Assembly (NCBI GenBank): GCA_964016885.1 | Contig: OZ024751.1 | Coordinates: 37,944,001-38,008,000 of the forward strand | DNA: 64,000 nucleotides | Direction of reading: 5' to 3' | Source: Eledone cirrhosa | Taxonomy: Eukaryota | In this document: positions 27,134 to 42,569 of the stretch, one piece after another | Layout of the letters: each line of letters starts with the position of its first letter | Numbering within the stretch: position 1 is the stretch's first letter | Made by a program: the position numbers and the translations under genes | Notes under the pieces: model-generated | The model's database searches: none | The model's input: the letters and a program-made list of their open reading frames with translations, nothing else | Told to the model about the DNA's origin: nothing

Positions 27134-29688
27134 ATGGCGTCCGACCCTCTACCGATACTGCCAATCCACCGCCCTAACATGGCGTCCGACCCTATACCGA
27201 TACTGCCAATCCACCGCCCTAACATGGCGTCCGACCCTCTACCGATACTGCCAATCCACCGCCCTATCATGGCGTCCGACACTCTACCGATACTGCCAAT
27301 CCATCGCCCTAACATGGCGTCCGACACTCTACCGATACTGCCAATCCACCGCCCTAACATGGCGTCCGACACTCTACCGATACTGCCAATCCACCGCCCT
27401 AACATGGCGTCCGACACTCTACCGATACTGCCAATCCACCGCCCTATCATGGCGTCCGACACTCTACCGATACTGCCAATCCACCGCCCTATCATGGCGT
27501 CCGACCCTCTACCGATACTGCCAATCCACCGCCCTATCATGGCGTCCGACACTCTACCGATACTGCCAATCCACCGCCCTAACATGGCGTCCGACCCTCT
27601 ACTGATACTGCCAATCCACCGCCCTAACATGGCGTCCGACACTCTACCGATACTGCCAATCCACCGCCCTATCATGGCGTCCGACCCTCTACCGATACTG
27701 CCAATCCACCGCCCTAACATGGCGTCCGACCCTCTACTGATACTGCCAATCCACCGCCCTAACATGGCGTCCGACACTCTACCGATACTGCCAATCCACC
27801 GCCCTATCATGGCGTCCGACCCTCTACCGATACTGCCAATCCACCGCCCTAACATGGCGTCCGACCCTCTACTGATACTGCCAATCCACCGCCCTAACAT
27901 GGCGTCCGACACTCTACCGATACTGCCAATCCACCGCCCTATCATGGCGTCCGACCCTCTACCGATACTGCCAATCCACCGCCCTAACATGGCGTCCGAC
28001 CCTCTACTGATACTGCCAATCCACCGCCCTAACATGGCGTCCGACACTCTACCGATACTGCCAATCCACCGCCCTATCATGGCGTCCGACCCTCTACCGA
28101 TACTGCCAATCCACCGCCCTATCATGGCGTCCGACCCTCTACCGATACTGCCAATCCACCGCCCTATCATGGCGTCCGACCCTCTACCGATACTGCCAAT
28201 CCACCGCCCTATCATGGCGTCCGACCCTATACCGATACTGCCAATCCACCGCCCTGACATTGCGTCCGACCCTCTACCGATACTGCCAATCCACCGCCCT
28301 ATCATGGCGTCCGACCCTATACCGATACTGCCAATCCACCGCCCTATCATGGCGTCCGACCCTCTACCGATACTGCCAATCCACCGCCCTATCATGGCGT
28401 CCGACCCTCTACCGATACTGCCAATCCACCGCCCTATCATGGCGTCCGACCCTCTACCGATACTGCCAATCCACCGCCCTATCATGGCGTCCGACCCTCT
28501 ACCGATACTGCCAATCCACCGCCCTATCATGGCGTCCGACCCTATACCGATACTGCCAATCCACCGCCCTAACATGGCGTCCGACCCTCTACCGATACTG
28601 CCAATCCACCGCCCTATCATGGCGTCCGACACTCTACCGATACTGCCAATCCACCGCCCTATCATGGCGTCCGACACTCTACCGATACTGCCAATCCACC
28701 GCCCTATCATGGCGTCCGACACTCTACCGATACTGCCAATCCACCGCCCTATCATGGCGTCCGACACTCTACCGATACTGCCAATCCACCGCCCTATCAT
28801 GGCGTCCGACCCTCTACCGATACTGCCAATCCACCGCCCTATCATGGCGTCCGACCCTATACCGATACTGCCAATCCACCGCCCTATCATGGCGTCCGAC
28901 ACTCTACCGATACTGCCAATCCACCGCCCTAACATGGCGTCCGACCCTCTACCGATACTGCCAATCCACCGCCCTATCATGGCGTCCGACACTCTACCGA
29001 TACTGCCAATCCACCGCCCTATCATGGCGTCCGACCCTCTACCGATACTGCCAATCCACCGCCCTATCATGGCGTCCGACACTCTACCGATACTGCCAAT
29101 CCACCGCCCTATCATGGCGTCCGACCCTCTACCGATACTGCCAATCCACCGCCCTATCATGGCGTCCGACACTCTACCGATACTGCCAATCCACCGCCCT
29201 ATCATGGCGTCCGACACTCTACCGATACTGCCAATCCACCGCCCTAACATGGCGTCCGACACTCTACCGATACTGCCAATCCACCGCCCTAACATGGCGT
29301 CCGACACTCTACCGATACTGCCAATCCACCGCCCTAACATGGCGTCCGACACTCTACCGATACTGCCAATCCACCGCCCTATCATGGCGTCCGACACTCT
29401 ACCGATACTGCCAATCCACCGCCCTATCATGGCGTCCGACACTCTACCGATACTGCCAATCCACCGCCCTATCATGGCGTCCGACACTCTACCGATACTG
29501 CCAATCCACCGCCCTATCATGGCGTCCGACACTCTACCGATACTGCCAATCCACCGCCCTAACATGGCGTCCGACACTCTACCGATACTGCCAATCCACC
29601 GCCCTATCATGGCGTCCGACACTCTACCGATACTGCCAATCCACCGCCCTAACATGGCGTCCGACACTCTACCGATACTGCCAATCCA
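27134..29688 (-). repeat. 45-bp tandem array (~57 copies) of the SINE 5' head containing the Pol III A-box
   Basis: Unit reverse complement AGGGCGGTGGATTGGCAGTATCGGTAGAGGGTCGGACGCCATG(T/A)T matches the heads of the SINE copies at 4020-4062 and 11322-11365. Confidence 0.95.
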
Positions 29689-31631
29689 ATAAAATTGCAG
29701 ATATAAGAGGATCAGATATATAGAAACAGAATTATTATTTAATATCATCATCATCATCATCCTCCTCCTCCTCATCATCATCATCATCATCGTCATAATC
29801 ATCATTGTCATCATCATCATCTTCATCTACCTCATATTTTACGTCAATTACCCACACTAGCATGTGTTACACAGATGGTCATGTTCGGAGACTAGACAGG
29901 GTGGGGGAGAATACGTCTTCTTCATGTGTTTCATTTTTGACATGGTTTCTACATCTGGATGTTCTTCCTAACACCACCAACTTTATAGAGTGTACTGAAT
30001 GCATTCTATCACCAACACTAGCACTACCAAAGTGTATTGGTTGATGATGGCACAAGAACTAACACATTATAGAATCACCACACTGCCACTTTACAAAGAG
30101 TTAAACTGATCATGGCGTAAGAACTACCACATTATAGAGTGTATTGGGTGCATTCTATCATATTACCAAACTACCACTACTAAAATGGATTTGAGTTGAA
30201 TTAATCATGGCACAAGAACTAGCAGATTATGGGGTCAATTGAGTGCATTTTATCATGGCGGTAGCACTTCCACTTTACATGGAAATAGGAAGCAAATAGT
30301 TTAGATAGATCATAAGGAGGGTTAGAGAAATATAAAGACAGGAATCAGAGCAGTGACTAAAATACAATTGTATATACAAACTGATATTCTATAGGGCTTG
30401 CCTAAATATTTTCTATAAATGATTTCTATTGAATTATTATTTTAAATTTCTAACAAAATAATATACCTTTTATTTACATTTAAATAAACAGGGATGTTTC
30501 CCCAGTCTTTATTCTCTAAGATTAATGTATGCTTGTCCTTGTATGTGTGTATGTATGTGTGTGCATGTGTGTGTGTATGTGTGTGCATGTATGGTTTGTG
30601 TGTATGTATGGTATGTGTGTATGTATGTGTGTGCATGTGTCTGTGTGTGTATGTATGGTTTGTGTGTATGTATGGTGTGTGTGTATGTATGGTGTGTGTA
30701 TATGTATGAGGTGTGTGTAAGTGTGCATAAATATATTAATCATATCGGTTTGTTTCAATAAGGCGTGGAGTGGGCTTTTGTGAACTTATAAATACGAGAG
30801 TATGTTTGGATTCTTTTTATTTTGGCATGTGTATATTTGTTTACATCTATAACTTTCTATCTGTATGTTCGTATCAATACTTAAGTATATGCGTAGATGA
30901 CTCTGTTTAATATAGATTGAATAGAAACCCGGTGAGCATTCAATTAATTGTCTTGTAACTACAACAGTGTCACAGCAGTAATATATTCTTCATACACACA
31001 AAAGGGCCTTCATAATACACCTTACAGTTTAAATACCATAAATGGATACAATTAAAACCATTTGAAGGAGATAAGCCTCGATGAAAGCTATTCATAAGGA
31101 CGACCTTCCATTGTAAATCATGAAAATCACTCTTTTCAAACAATCCATTATAAAAGCAACAAAGCGAAAATTTATCGGCTTATGTAATCGTCTCAACAGT
31201 TTGTTTTGAAAATCGCTTTTATTTGATAAAGAGATTGCATAACGTACTGTTATTAGATATTTCTATAATGATGGTTGTGATGCAAATACTAGACAAAATA
31301 GACGCTCTCCTAAAAAAAAAGCAAGTTAAATGAAGAATCGATTGAATAATTTGAAACATATAACACTACAATACAATCCATGCTTTATATTGTCGTGTAA
31401 AACGTGTGATACAACAAGGTAAACGTCTTCGTTCAAAGTTTTTGATTTAATAATAAAACACGACGCTATAATATTCTTAGTTTCAGGTTTACACTTTTCT
31501 TTTTCTTTTTCTTGTTTTTCTTTGCTTTTTCCTTGTGTTGTATGGAAACATTAATATCGTATTGATTAATTCTGAAAATCTGTTTGTATGACTGTATGTG
31601 TATGTATGTGTATGTATGTCTGTATGTATGT

Positions 31632-31898
31632 AGGACTGGCTTTGTGCAGTGCCTTTGCTCACTATAAAAGCTTCACGGCACAGGCATTACTTTATATCTG
31701 GAGATCTCTCTGCACCTGTCGTCACATGGTACCATGGGCCCTGCACTATGTGTCAATAATTGTCACAGGTGTAGTGTCTGTACCAGAGTATTCAAGTCGC
31801 TGGCTGGACTAAAAAGTCACACTTGGTCAGCGCATCGGTAGGGGTTCTCCTACATGGATATAAAGTAGTAGCCGTATTCGAAAATGAGTTGGCAGCCA
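31632..31898 (-). repeat. Dispersed ~270-bp repeat, copy 2
   Basis: Inverted, diverged homologue of 25769-26038. Confidence 0.85.
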
Positions 31899-31938
31899 CC
31901 ACGATGTATGTATGTATGTGTATGTATTTTTCTGCATT

Positions 31939-31977
<39 letters not shown>

Positions 31978-31978
<1 letters not shown>

Positions 31979-32539
31979 CGTTTCTGAATTTGTTTAGCAA
32001 GATTCTTTATCTGTAAACGTGTGTTGAAACCGATATTGTTATACTTTGGGAGGGTCATGTTGTCAATAAGAAACACACGCACCAGTTGCTTTCACTCCAA
32101 TTTATTATAAATTAAATTTATAAATTTAAGAATTTATAAATTTCCGGTTGGTTGGTTGGTTCCACAACCGGACGGTTGTTTATATAGTGTCAAAGTTCTT
32201 TCGTCACACATTCTGTGACCTCTTCCGTGACTGGGGATTCTTTTCTTTGTTTTGTGCCTCTCCTTTGTTCTGTCCTACGCCATCTTGTTTTTGTTCACAC
32301 ACACAAAAACAAGATGGCGTAGGACAGAACAAAGGAGAGGCACAAAACAAAGAAAATAATCCCCTGTCACTGAAGAGGTCACAGAATGTGTGACGAAAGA
32401 ACTTTGACAATATATGAACAACCTCCGGTTGTGTAACCAACCAACCAACCGGAAATTTATAAATTTAATTTATAATAAATTGGAGTGAAAGCAACTGGTG
32501 CGTGTGTTTCTTATTGGCAACATGACCCTCCCAAAGTAT

Positions 32540-32547
<8 letters not shown>
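31978..32547. mobile_element. Family D pLTR element folded into a ~515-bp palindrome (32033-32547)
   Basis: Arms meet at ~32295-32302; a hammerhead in each arm; (TA)n flanks; tail homologues at 21945-21990, 34538-34749 and 43586-43962. Confidence 0.8.
32365..32409 (+). ncRNA. Type I hammerhead ribozyme (family D)
   Basis: TGTCA CTGAAGA g GTCACA gaatg TGTGAC GAAA G aa C T T TGACA: complete stems I and II, minimal stem III. The mirror arm has a CGGAAGA core mutation. Confidence 0.8.
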
Positions 32548-32587
<40 letters not shown>

Positions 32588-33109
32588 TTGATTTATGAGA
32601 ACTATGATCTAAGGCTTTCCAATTACTACCATCCCTTCCAAAACACTTTATTTCATGTTGCTGAGATGGTGCACCTCTAATTCTAAAACCCAGCCTTATA
32701 ACACACCACGACAGGCTGCAGTATCCCGGCGATATATATTAGGATGTATGTGTCTATGGAATGTTCAACCCTTTTGACCCATATCAGCACTTGCAGGGTC
32801 AATTTCAGAGCAAATAGGCTGGACTAAACGTCGTTAGAAGCGACGGAGATCCAACAACAACAGGAGCACACGTGTTTGTAGAATAGAATATTCTAATTCA
32901 ATGTGTAGGACGTTCAAGAGAACGAACCACTGAACACGCATGCGTCCTTTACGAGGAGGGAATTCAGTACAAACATTTTTTACGAATCTATAGTAGTAGG
33001 TGTGACTTGTTATTCATATTAATATATACATGTATGTGAACATGTGTATATATATATATATGCCGTATGTGTGAACATGTATATATATATATATGCCAGA
33101 TGTGTGAAC

Positions 33110-33146
<37 letters not shown>

Positions 33147-33444
33147 ATGTGTGTGAACATGTATATATTTATATATATATATATATACACCATGTGTGTG
33201 AACATGTATAAATATATATATATATATACACCATGTTTATGTATATGCCATATGTGTGCACATGTCTATATACATGCCATGTGTATAGCGATTGTTTTAG
33301 TGCATGCTTTTTTGCATGTGCATAAATGAAGGTCTGCTATTGGTTCGTTTGATGTGGTGCTACATGTACTTGTATATACATGTGTGTACGTATAAATGCG
33401 TTCAGATGATTGGAACATTTTCTGCATGTCTATATATTTATGTA

Positions 33445-33512
<68 letters not shown>

Positions 33513-33516
<4 letters not shown>

Positions 33517-33792
33517 AAAGTTCTATTTAAAATTGTTGGGATACAACAAGTAAATATTTTTATAACTGATATAAAGCACTCGACAAGTATTTGGAGTCGA
33601 TATACGATATTAATAAATGGAAAGTATATTTATATTTATAAAACCATATTTATTTCATTATACATATTTCAGTTATATATTGTATTTTGTCTGATGAAGG
33701 CATACCATAATTTAATTTGGTATCCCTGAAATATGTATAATGAAATAAATATGGTTTTATAAATATAAATATCGTTTCCATTTATTAATATC

Positions 33793-33795
<3 letters not shown>
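33513..33795. mobile_element. Family A pLTR element with inversion
   Basis: Tail on the - strand (33513-33672) joined to the hammerhead on the + strand; imperfect inverted arms; (TA)n flanks. Confidence 0.75.
33683..33747 (+). ncRNA. Type I hammerhead ribozyme (family A, best-paired copy)
   Basis: TATTTTGT CTGATGA AGGcATACCA taatttaatt TGGTATcCCT GAAA tatgta TA ATGAAATA. Confidence 0.8.
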
Positions 33796-33841
<46 letters not shown>

Positions 33842-34297
33842 TATATGTGTGTGTGTGTGTGAGTGTGTGTGTGTGTTTTCAATGTAAGTAGTGTATATAT
33901 GTAGATGTCTTCCTTAGCAAACATAAAAGTGTGTGTGTTATGTATTATGTACAATACGTATCGTTAAATTACCTGCATAGGTATTGTATTTGTAAAAGTG
34001 TGTGACTGTGTTTGGGCTTGGGTTTGTGTCTGCAATTAAGGCAGTCTTTAGAAAAATTACCAATAAAACGTGTGTAGGTGTATGTGGTGTGTTTCGCATG
34101 TTACAATGTTTTTCGACACAAATAGGTATTGACAGATATAAAGTGTATCGATATATACATAGTAAGTTAGTGAGATAATTAAATAGAATAATAGGTAGAT
34201 CGATTGATAAATAGCTAGATATGTAGGTAGATATATCGATAGATAGATAGGTCGACAGATATAGAAATAGATGGATATATATGTATATATATATATA

Positions 34298-34420
<123 letters not shown>

Positions 34421-34492
34421 ATACATATATGTATATAAATGTATGGATATATATAGATATATATAAATATAAATATAAATATAAATATAAAT

Positions 34493-34532
<40 letters not shown>

Positions 34533-34537
34533 TGTTA

Positions 34538-34801
<264 letters not shown>

Positions 34802-35289
34802 TAATGTGTTATCACAATTAAGGAAGACGTTTATTATGAATTTGTGACGGCAATAAAAATATGTAAGAGCTGTTCACATAGGATTGAGTGTCAGCGTCAC
34901 TACATGTGAGTGTGCATCATACATTTGAGGTGTTAGCTTCTATGTGTAGATGACTAAAATTAAGCCAGAACTGTTTTGCATGCATATATGTGCATGTAAT
35001 TTGTGTAAGTATAGGTGCCAATGGTGTGTGTGTTTGTGTGCGTCTGTGTGTGACATTTCTGGAGTAATTAAAGGAAATTTCTAACAGGCATGTATAAAAT
35101 ACTCTTTCGTGGCTAATTATTAAAAAAATAAACATGATGCAACTAGATGTTTAACCAATTGGTTGATGAGAGGAAGAATAAATTGTGATGTGGCTTCTAT
35201 TGTTAATAACCTTTCTGTAGAGCATTAACTATAAATATTAGTTAAGGAAATATACTACAAAAATATGTTTCTATCTCTCACTCTCTCTT

Positions 35290-35343
<54 letters not shown>

Positions 35344-35347
35344 CTCA

Positions 35348-35422
<75 letters not shown>

Positions 35423-35643
35423 GAGAGAGTAGTGTGTGTGTTTTGGTGTGTGTGTTTTGGTGTGTGTGTATGTTGTGGTGTGTGTAAATGTTTGTTTTAT
35501 GGCTTTGTTATGTCTGTTGTAAACACAGTAAAACAGTAAACATAGACTAAATTAACGACTCATATTGAGTTGATATGTTAATTGTTATTAATGGTGAGAT
35601 TTGAATTAGAGGTTTCGCCAAAGGTATTGGGTGCACTAAGCAA

Positions 35644-35705
<62 letters not shown>

Positions 35706-35877
35706 CATATATATATTTATATGATCATTGATGTCAATACTCATCTTTGCCCTTTCCTTACAGGGCTCTAAGCCCCACTATCGGGCTAAAATTTCTTTAC
35801 TTAAAAATACGGCGAAAGCTTCTATTTCTAATTTTAAACTCTCTCGCTGTTTCAAAATATACTTACATATATATGTG

Positions 35878-35970
35878 TCTAGCTCCACCCCTCGCTACTG
35901 ACGTGAACCTAAACATCGAGTGCCTACCTGGGTGAACCTACAGTAACTTCAAGTTACACTCTCTGGATAT
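35878..35970 (+). mobile_element. Family C pLTR tail
   Basis: 'gtgaacctaaacatcgagtgcctacctgggtgaacctacagtaacttcaagttacactctctgg' matches 1610-1675. Confidence 0.75.
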
Positions 35971-36821
35971 ACTAACACACACACACATTAATATATGAGA
36001 TTAAATGATTTGATAACACAAAATGCAGCCATAGAACATTTTAAAGCTCAATGTGATTCTATAGTCCACAGCAGGAGAGGTACGAGCTTATATGAACACG
36101 ATTGGAACATTCCAGCTATTCAAACGAGCTATTCGTAAATCAATTAAATGATTTGATTAAAATCCTTGTTAATCTTTATTCTTCGCAATTAGATATAAAC
36201 TCTTAAATATATACGCAATGAATTCCCAATTACAGATGTCTTCATAACCTTGTAATCCTTATAGCATAACATTTACTTATGTTCAAACATATTCTGCTAT
36301 TTTTTTCTGTTATAATACAAGACATGCATACATTTCTGAAGAACTGTGTGAATAAAAATGTCTAGGTACGGAAAAGGAATTAAAGATGTATAAGATAAAT
36401 AAAAGTAACTATTTATGTCACATATAAATTTGGTCAATATATGTTACATGGTGTATATAACAAACTACACTCTGTAGCACTGGTTCATATCGACTAGACG
36501 ATAGCATAACCATTAATTGACATCATATTACGTAGTTAATGTTTTTTATATATTTTCTTTGTATTTTATACCATGCTATCAGTGAGAGGTTCACAGAAAG
36601 ACTATCAAACCAACTGACACGAAGATATATAGAGGAAAAATATAAAAATAAAATTAATATATATATATATAAACATAAAATATGAATATGGATATATATA
36701 TCCTTTTTAAAAATCACTGAATAGTTGAACATATTGGCGTTTAAGTAGATAGATAAAGAAACAGATATGCGAATGCATGTATATATATATATACATGTAT
36801 ATGTATATATATATATATATG

Positions 36822-36958
<137 letters not shown>

Positions 36959-37040
36959 CGATTATTAGGAAAAAAAAATGTTTTTCAGTTTTTTTTTCAG
37001 TTTTGTTTTCTCACATGTATATACATACACACGTACACAC

Positions 37041-37154
<114 letters not shown>

Positions 37155-37360
37155 TTATATATATATATATAATACATACAGAGATAGATATATAGAAGGG
37201 TATTTCGATATAGAGATCGATTGAGACTTGAAAGGATGTTGAGATATATAGATGGATATGGAGACAGGTAAGATGTCTGATGTATAGTTGATTGGAGAGA
37301 TATACAGGTAGTTAAGTCAGCAGGCAGACAGGTATGAGAGTAGGTAGACATACAGAAGCT

Positions 37361-37446
<86 letters not shown>

Positions 37447-37628
37447 TTAGATATGTGTGTGTGTATGTGGATGTTTGTGTGTCTGTATGTGTAGGTAGGT
37501 GGGGATGCCGCAGACAGAGACAGATACAAAAATCGATGTGCATTAATACCACAGACACAGACAGACAGACAGACACACACACAGACACACACATATATAT
37601 ATATACATACAGACAGACACACACTGAT

Positions 37629-37675
<47 letters not shown>

Positions 37676-38159
37676 TAAATACATACAGATACACACAGAT
37701 ACATATATATATATATATATACATGTGTGTGTGCGAGTGTGTGTGGGGGGCGTGTGTGTGTGTGTGTGTGTGAGTGGGGGGGGGGGGGGGGGGCATGTAT
37801 GTGTGTGTGTGTGAGTGTGTGTGTGTCGCGAGAGTAAGTATTTTTGTTGCGACAAATGATTGCGTTCAAAGCATGATAGATCGATCGGCGAAATATATGC
37901 TAGCCACCTGCGATAGAGATCAAAGTGTTCGTTGAAATATATTGCGGGGAATGATTAACCAATAGTGAAATATTTCACAGAACCAATATATTGGATGACT
38001 TTCTTCAGCATTAATATATGGAAGCATCGTTAAACATTAATACACACCTTTAATATAAATCATTCTTATGGCGACATTAGAAAATGTTGAGATATTTCCC
38101 CGTTAGTCCTGTGGTATTCTTTAAACCTAAATTATTTAGTCTGTGATACTATAATGATG

Positions 38160-38312
38160 AGGCGGTGAAATGGCTGAGTCGGTAGAACGTCGGATAGAAT
38201 GCTTTGTGGTATTCGTTTCGGCTTTCCGCTCTGTGAGTTCAAATCCCGCTGAGGTCAACTTTGTCTTTCACCCATGCCTGGTCGATAAAAAAACTACCAG
38301 TTTAGTACTGGG
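38160..38312 (+). mobile_element. Older tRNA-derived SINE (Meta-like domain)
   Basis: 'ggcggtgaaatggctgagtcggtag...gagttcaaatcccgctgaggtcaactttgtctttcac...gtcgataaaa'. Confidence 0.75.
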
Positions 38313-39445
38313 GCCGAGTTTTCCTCTGTGTTTCTTCTTCGCTTCCATTCTTTCAATCTCTATCCTTCTTTGGAAGTCATATGCTATATTCAGACATGGA
38401 GAGGATGGGCTCTGCCAGGTTTCAATACACATGTTATTCTCCTTCAAATGTGTAAGGATATAAGGCTCTCCACTGGATGTGATGCCTGCTGGTAGACATT
38501 TTTAGCTAAGAGAATTCGTACGACCTTAAATTAATTGCTTCTTACCCTAAGACAAAATGCATCCGCCGGCCTGATAATCGAACAAAGGACCGCATGATTG
38601 TAAATGTAAAACACTTACCACTAGGCTGCCCTTATTCAGGTTGAACGTTCGTTAGAATTAAATAAAAAATCCTCTTAATGATTTGTTTGTTTAAGGATTT
38701 AGTAAATACAGCTGTCGTAATCATACTTAACACATGACACAAAATCAATGTAAGACTCCTTACTTTGTCACTTTCAGCAATTATCCTTTTTAGAGATTTA
38801 CGTTGACTACAACCCTCTTGAAACATCATCAGCTACCCAATGCTGCATTCGAGAAAAAAAAAAAAGATCTAAAGCAACCTTATTTTTTTTATAAAAAAAT
38901 ATCCCTGGTTTCCTTTTAGGGTAATTTAGAGGAAATAGCGTCAATTTGTGTATAAATTACAAGACGTCTCGAATTTAAGCCTTACTGTGGCATTAGTGCA
39001 CTTATGCAGACCACAGGTTTTCCGTTGTTGTTGTGGTTGGTATTTATGTTGTTCTTGTTGATGTTTTTACTAAGAATTAGGTCATCCCTGAACCCAAAGG
39101 CCTATTATAAGATGCATTCCAGCCATGAAAATCACATCAATTATTCTGGCCACAGTTAGTATGCGTGTGTGTGTGTGTACAAATGTGTGTCTATGTGCGT
39201 GCGTGTGTGTGTATGTGTGTGTGCGAGTGTGTGTGTATGGGTGTATATTGGTGGGCGTGAGAGTGTATCGTTGCATGTGTGTGCAGAGATACACGTATAC
39301 ATTGCGAAATTATAAAAGGCGCTCATTTATACGTGTATGGAAAAAAGTATTTAGCACAAAGCTTAAACTACAATATTAATGAGTATATATATGTGTGTGT
39401 GTAGGTATATATATATATATACGTGTGTGTGTGTGTGTGTGTGTA

Positions 39446-39476
<31 letters not shown>

Positions 39477-39553
39477 GTGTGTGTCTAGGTATATATATAT
39501 ATATATATATACGTGTGTGTGTGTGTGTGTATGTGTGTGTGTGTGTATGTGTA

Positions 39554-39584
<31 letters not shown>

Positions 39585-39690
39585 GTGTGTGTATGTATGT
39601 ATAGGTGTGTGTGTGTGTGTGCGTTTTATGTATATATATACGAATATATTAATATATATACATTTACATGCATACATATATACATATACA

Positions 39691-39749
<59 letters not shown>

Positions 39750-39892
39750 ATGTATTTATATATGTGAGGCATTGATATAAGGTCCTCAATTGAGGTATTA
39801 CTAGAGTAATGTCTAAAGAAAATAGAACGACCTTAGCTTTAGGGACCAACTAATGACCAGTTAGAAAACATTCACTTCCCTTCACCATTATT

Positions 39893-40519
39893 CGTATCAT
39901 CACCATCACCATCACCATCAGCATCATCATCACCATCACCATCACCATCACCATCATCACCATCACCATCACCATCACCATCACCATCACCATCACCATC
40001 ATCATCACCATCATCACCATCATCATCACCATCACCATCACCATCACCATCATCACCATCACCATCATCATCACCATCATCATCATCATCACCATCACCA
40101 TCATCATCACCATCACCATCAGCATCATCATCACCCTCATCACCATCACCATCAGCATCATCATCACCATCACCATCACCATCACCATCATCACCATCAC
40201 CATCATCATCATCATCACCATCACCATCACCATCACCATCACCATCACCATCACCATCATCATCACCATCATCACCATCACCATCATCACCATCATCATC
40301 ACCATCACCATCACCATCATCACCATAACCATCATCACCATCATCATCATCATCATCATCATCATCACCATCATCATCACCATCATCATCACCATCACCA
40401 TCACCATCACCATCACCATCACCATCACCATCATCATCATTGTGGCCGTGATCATCATAATCATTGCTAGTACTACCAATCCTACTGTTGCTGGTGCTGC
40501 TGCTACTACTATTACTCTA

Positions 40520-40578
<59 letters not shown>

Positions 40579-40650
40579 CACCACCACTACTACTACTAGT
40601 ATTACCACCACCACCACCACCACCACCACCACCACTACTACTACTACTAG

Positions 40651-40692
<42 letters not shown>

Positions 40693-40699
40693 CACCACC

Positions 40700-40767
<68 letters not shown>

Positions 40768-40887
40768 CACCACCACTACTACTAGTATTACCACCACCAC
40801 CACCACCACCACCACCACCACTACTACTACTAGTATTACCACCACCACCACCACCACCACCACCACCACCACTACTACTACTACTAG

Positions 40888-40923
<36 letters not shown>

Positions 40924-40930
40924 CACCACC

Positions 40931-40992
<62 letters not shown>

Positions 40993-41131
40993 CACCACCA
41001 CTACTACTAGTATTACCACCACCACCACCACCACCACCACCACCACTACTACTACTAGTATTACCACCACCACCACCACCACCACCACCACCACCACTAC
41101 TACTACTACTAGTACTACTACTACTACGACC

Positions 41132-41193
<62 letters not shown>

Positions 41194-41302
41194 CACCACC
41201 ACTACTACTACTAGTATTACCACCACCACCACCACCACCACCACCACCACCACTACTACTACTACTAGTACTACTACTACTACTACTACCACCACCACCA
41301 CC

Positions 41303-41373
<71 letters not shown>

Positions 41374-41515
41374 CACCACCACTACTACTAGTATTACCAC
41401 CACCACCACCACCACCACCACCACCACTACTACTACTACTAGTACTACTACTACTACTACCACCACCACCACCACCACCACTACTACTACTACTACTAGT
41501 ACTACCACCACCACC

Positions 41516-41550
<35 letters not shown>

Positions 41551-41626
41551 AACCACCACCACCACCACTACTACTACTACTACTAGTACTACTACTACTA
41601 CTACCACCACCACCACCACCACCACC

Positions 41627-41669
<43 letters not shown>

Positions 41670-41674
41670 ACACC

Positions 41675-41733
<59 letters not shown>

Positions 41734-41749
41734 CACCACCACCACCACC

Positions 41750-41792
<43 letters not shown>

Positions 41793-41926
41793 ACACCACC
41801 ACCACCACTACTACTACTACTACTAGTACTACTACTACTACCACCACCACCACCACCACCACCACCACCACCACCACCACCACCACCACTATTACTACTA
41901 CTACTACTACTACTACCACCAACACC

Positions 41927-41982
<56 letters not shown>

Positions 41983-41995
41983 CACCACCACCAGC
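39893..41995. repeat. Compound trinucleotide array: (CAT/CAC)n then (TAC/CAC)n with AGTATT landmarks
   Basis: Direct reading; it produces the poly-V, poly-T and poly-M ORFs. Confidence 0.97.
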
Positions 41996-42222
41996 AATAG
42001 AAAAAGTGTTACAAGACAGCAGAAGATATATCTACCATTTTAAATTAGTCGCCATTCTACGCTGGTTGCCTTCCATTCGCTATTTTCCCGCCAACTTCAC
42101 CTTCCTATTTCTTCCATAATCATTTTTATCGCTTTATTTATCTATTTACTTATAGCCGTTACAGCCGTTCACACACACACACATGCATATATACATACAT
42201 ACACACACACGCACACACACAT

Positions 42223-42281
<59 letters not shown>

Positions 42282-42386
42282 CATATGTACACACACATAC
42301 ATATGTGTGTGTACATATATGTATATATGTGTATAGTATATACATGTATATTTATATATGTATATATAGTATGTATATATAGTATG

Positions 42387-42420
<34 letters not shown>

Positions 42421-42516
42421 GTAATGTCTCTGCGTGCTTGTGAATAGCATTCTCTTGCAATGTTTCCTGGAACGGGAAGCTGTTGTGACTACTAATGGTT
42501 AATTCTGAAAGATAAT

Positions 42517-42568
<52 letters not shown>

Positions 42569-42569
<1 letters not shown>

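Noticed and set aside
27097-29826. 909-, 852- and 487-aa repeat ORFs, including a neuropeptide-precursor-like reading
   Set aside because: The unit is the SINE head; a 45-bp unit without stops opens several frames automatically.
39850-42043. Poly-V, poly-T and poly-M ORFs
   Set aside because: Translations of trinucleotide arrays.
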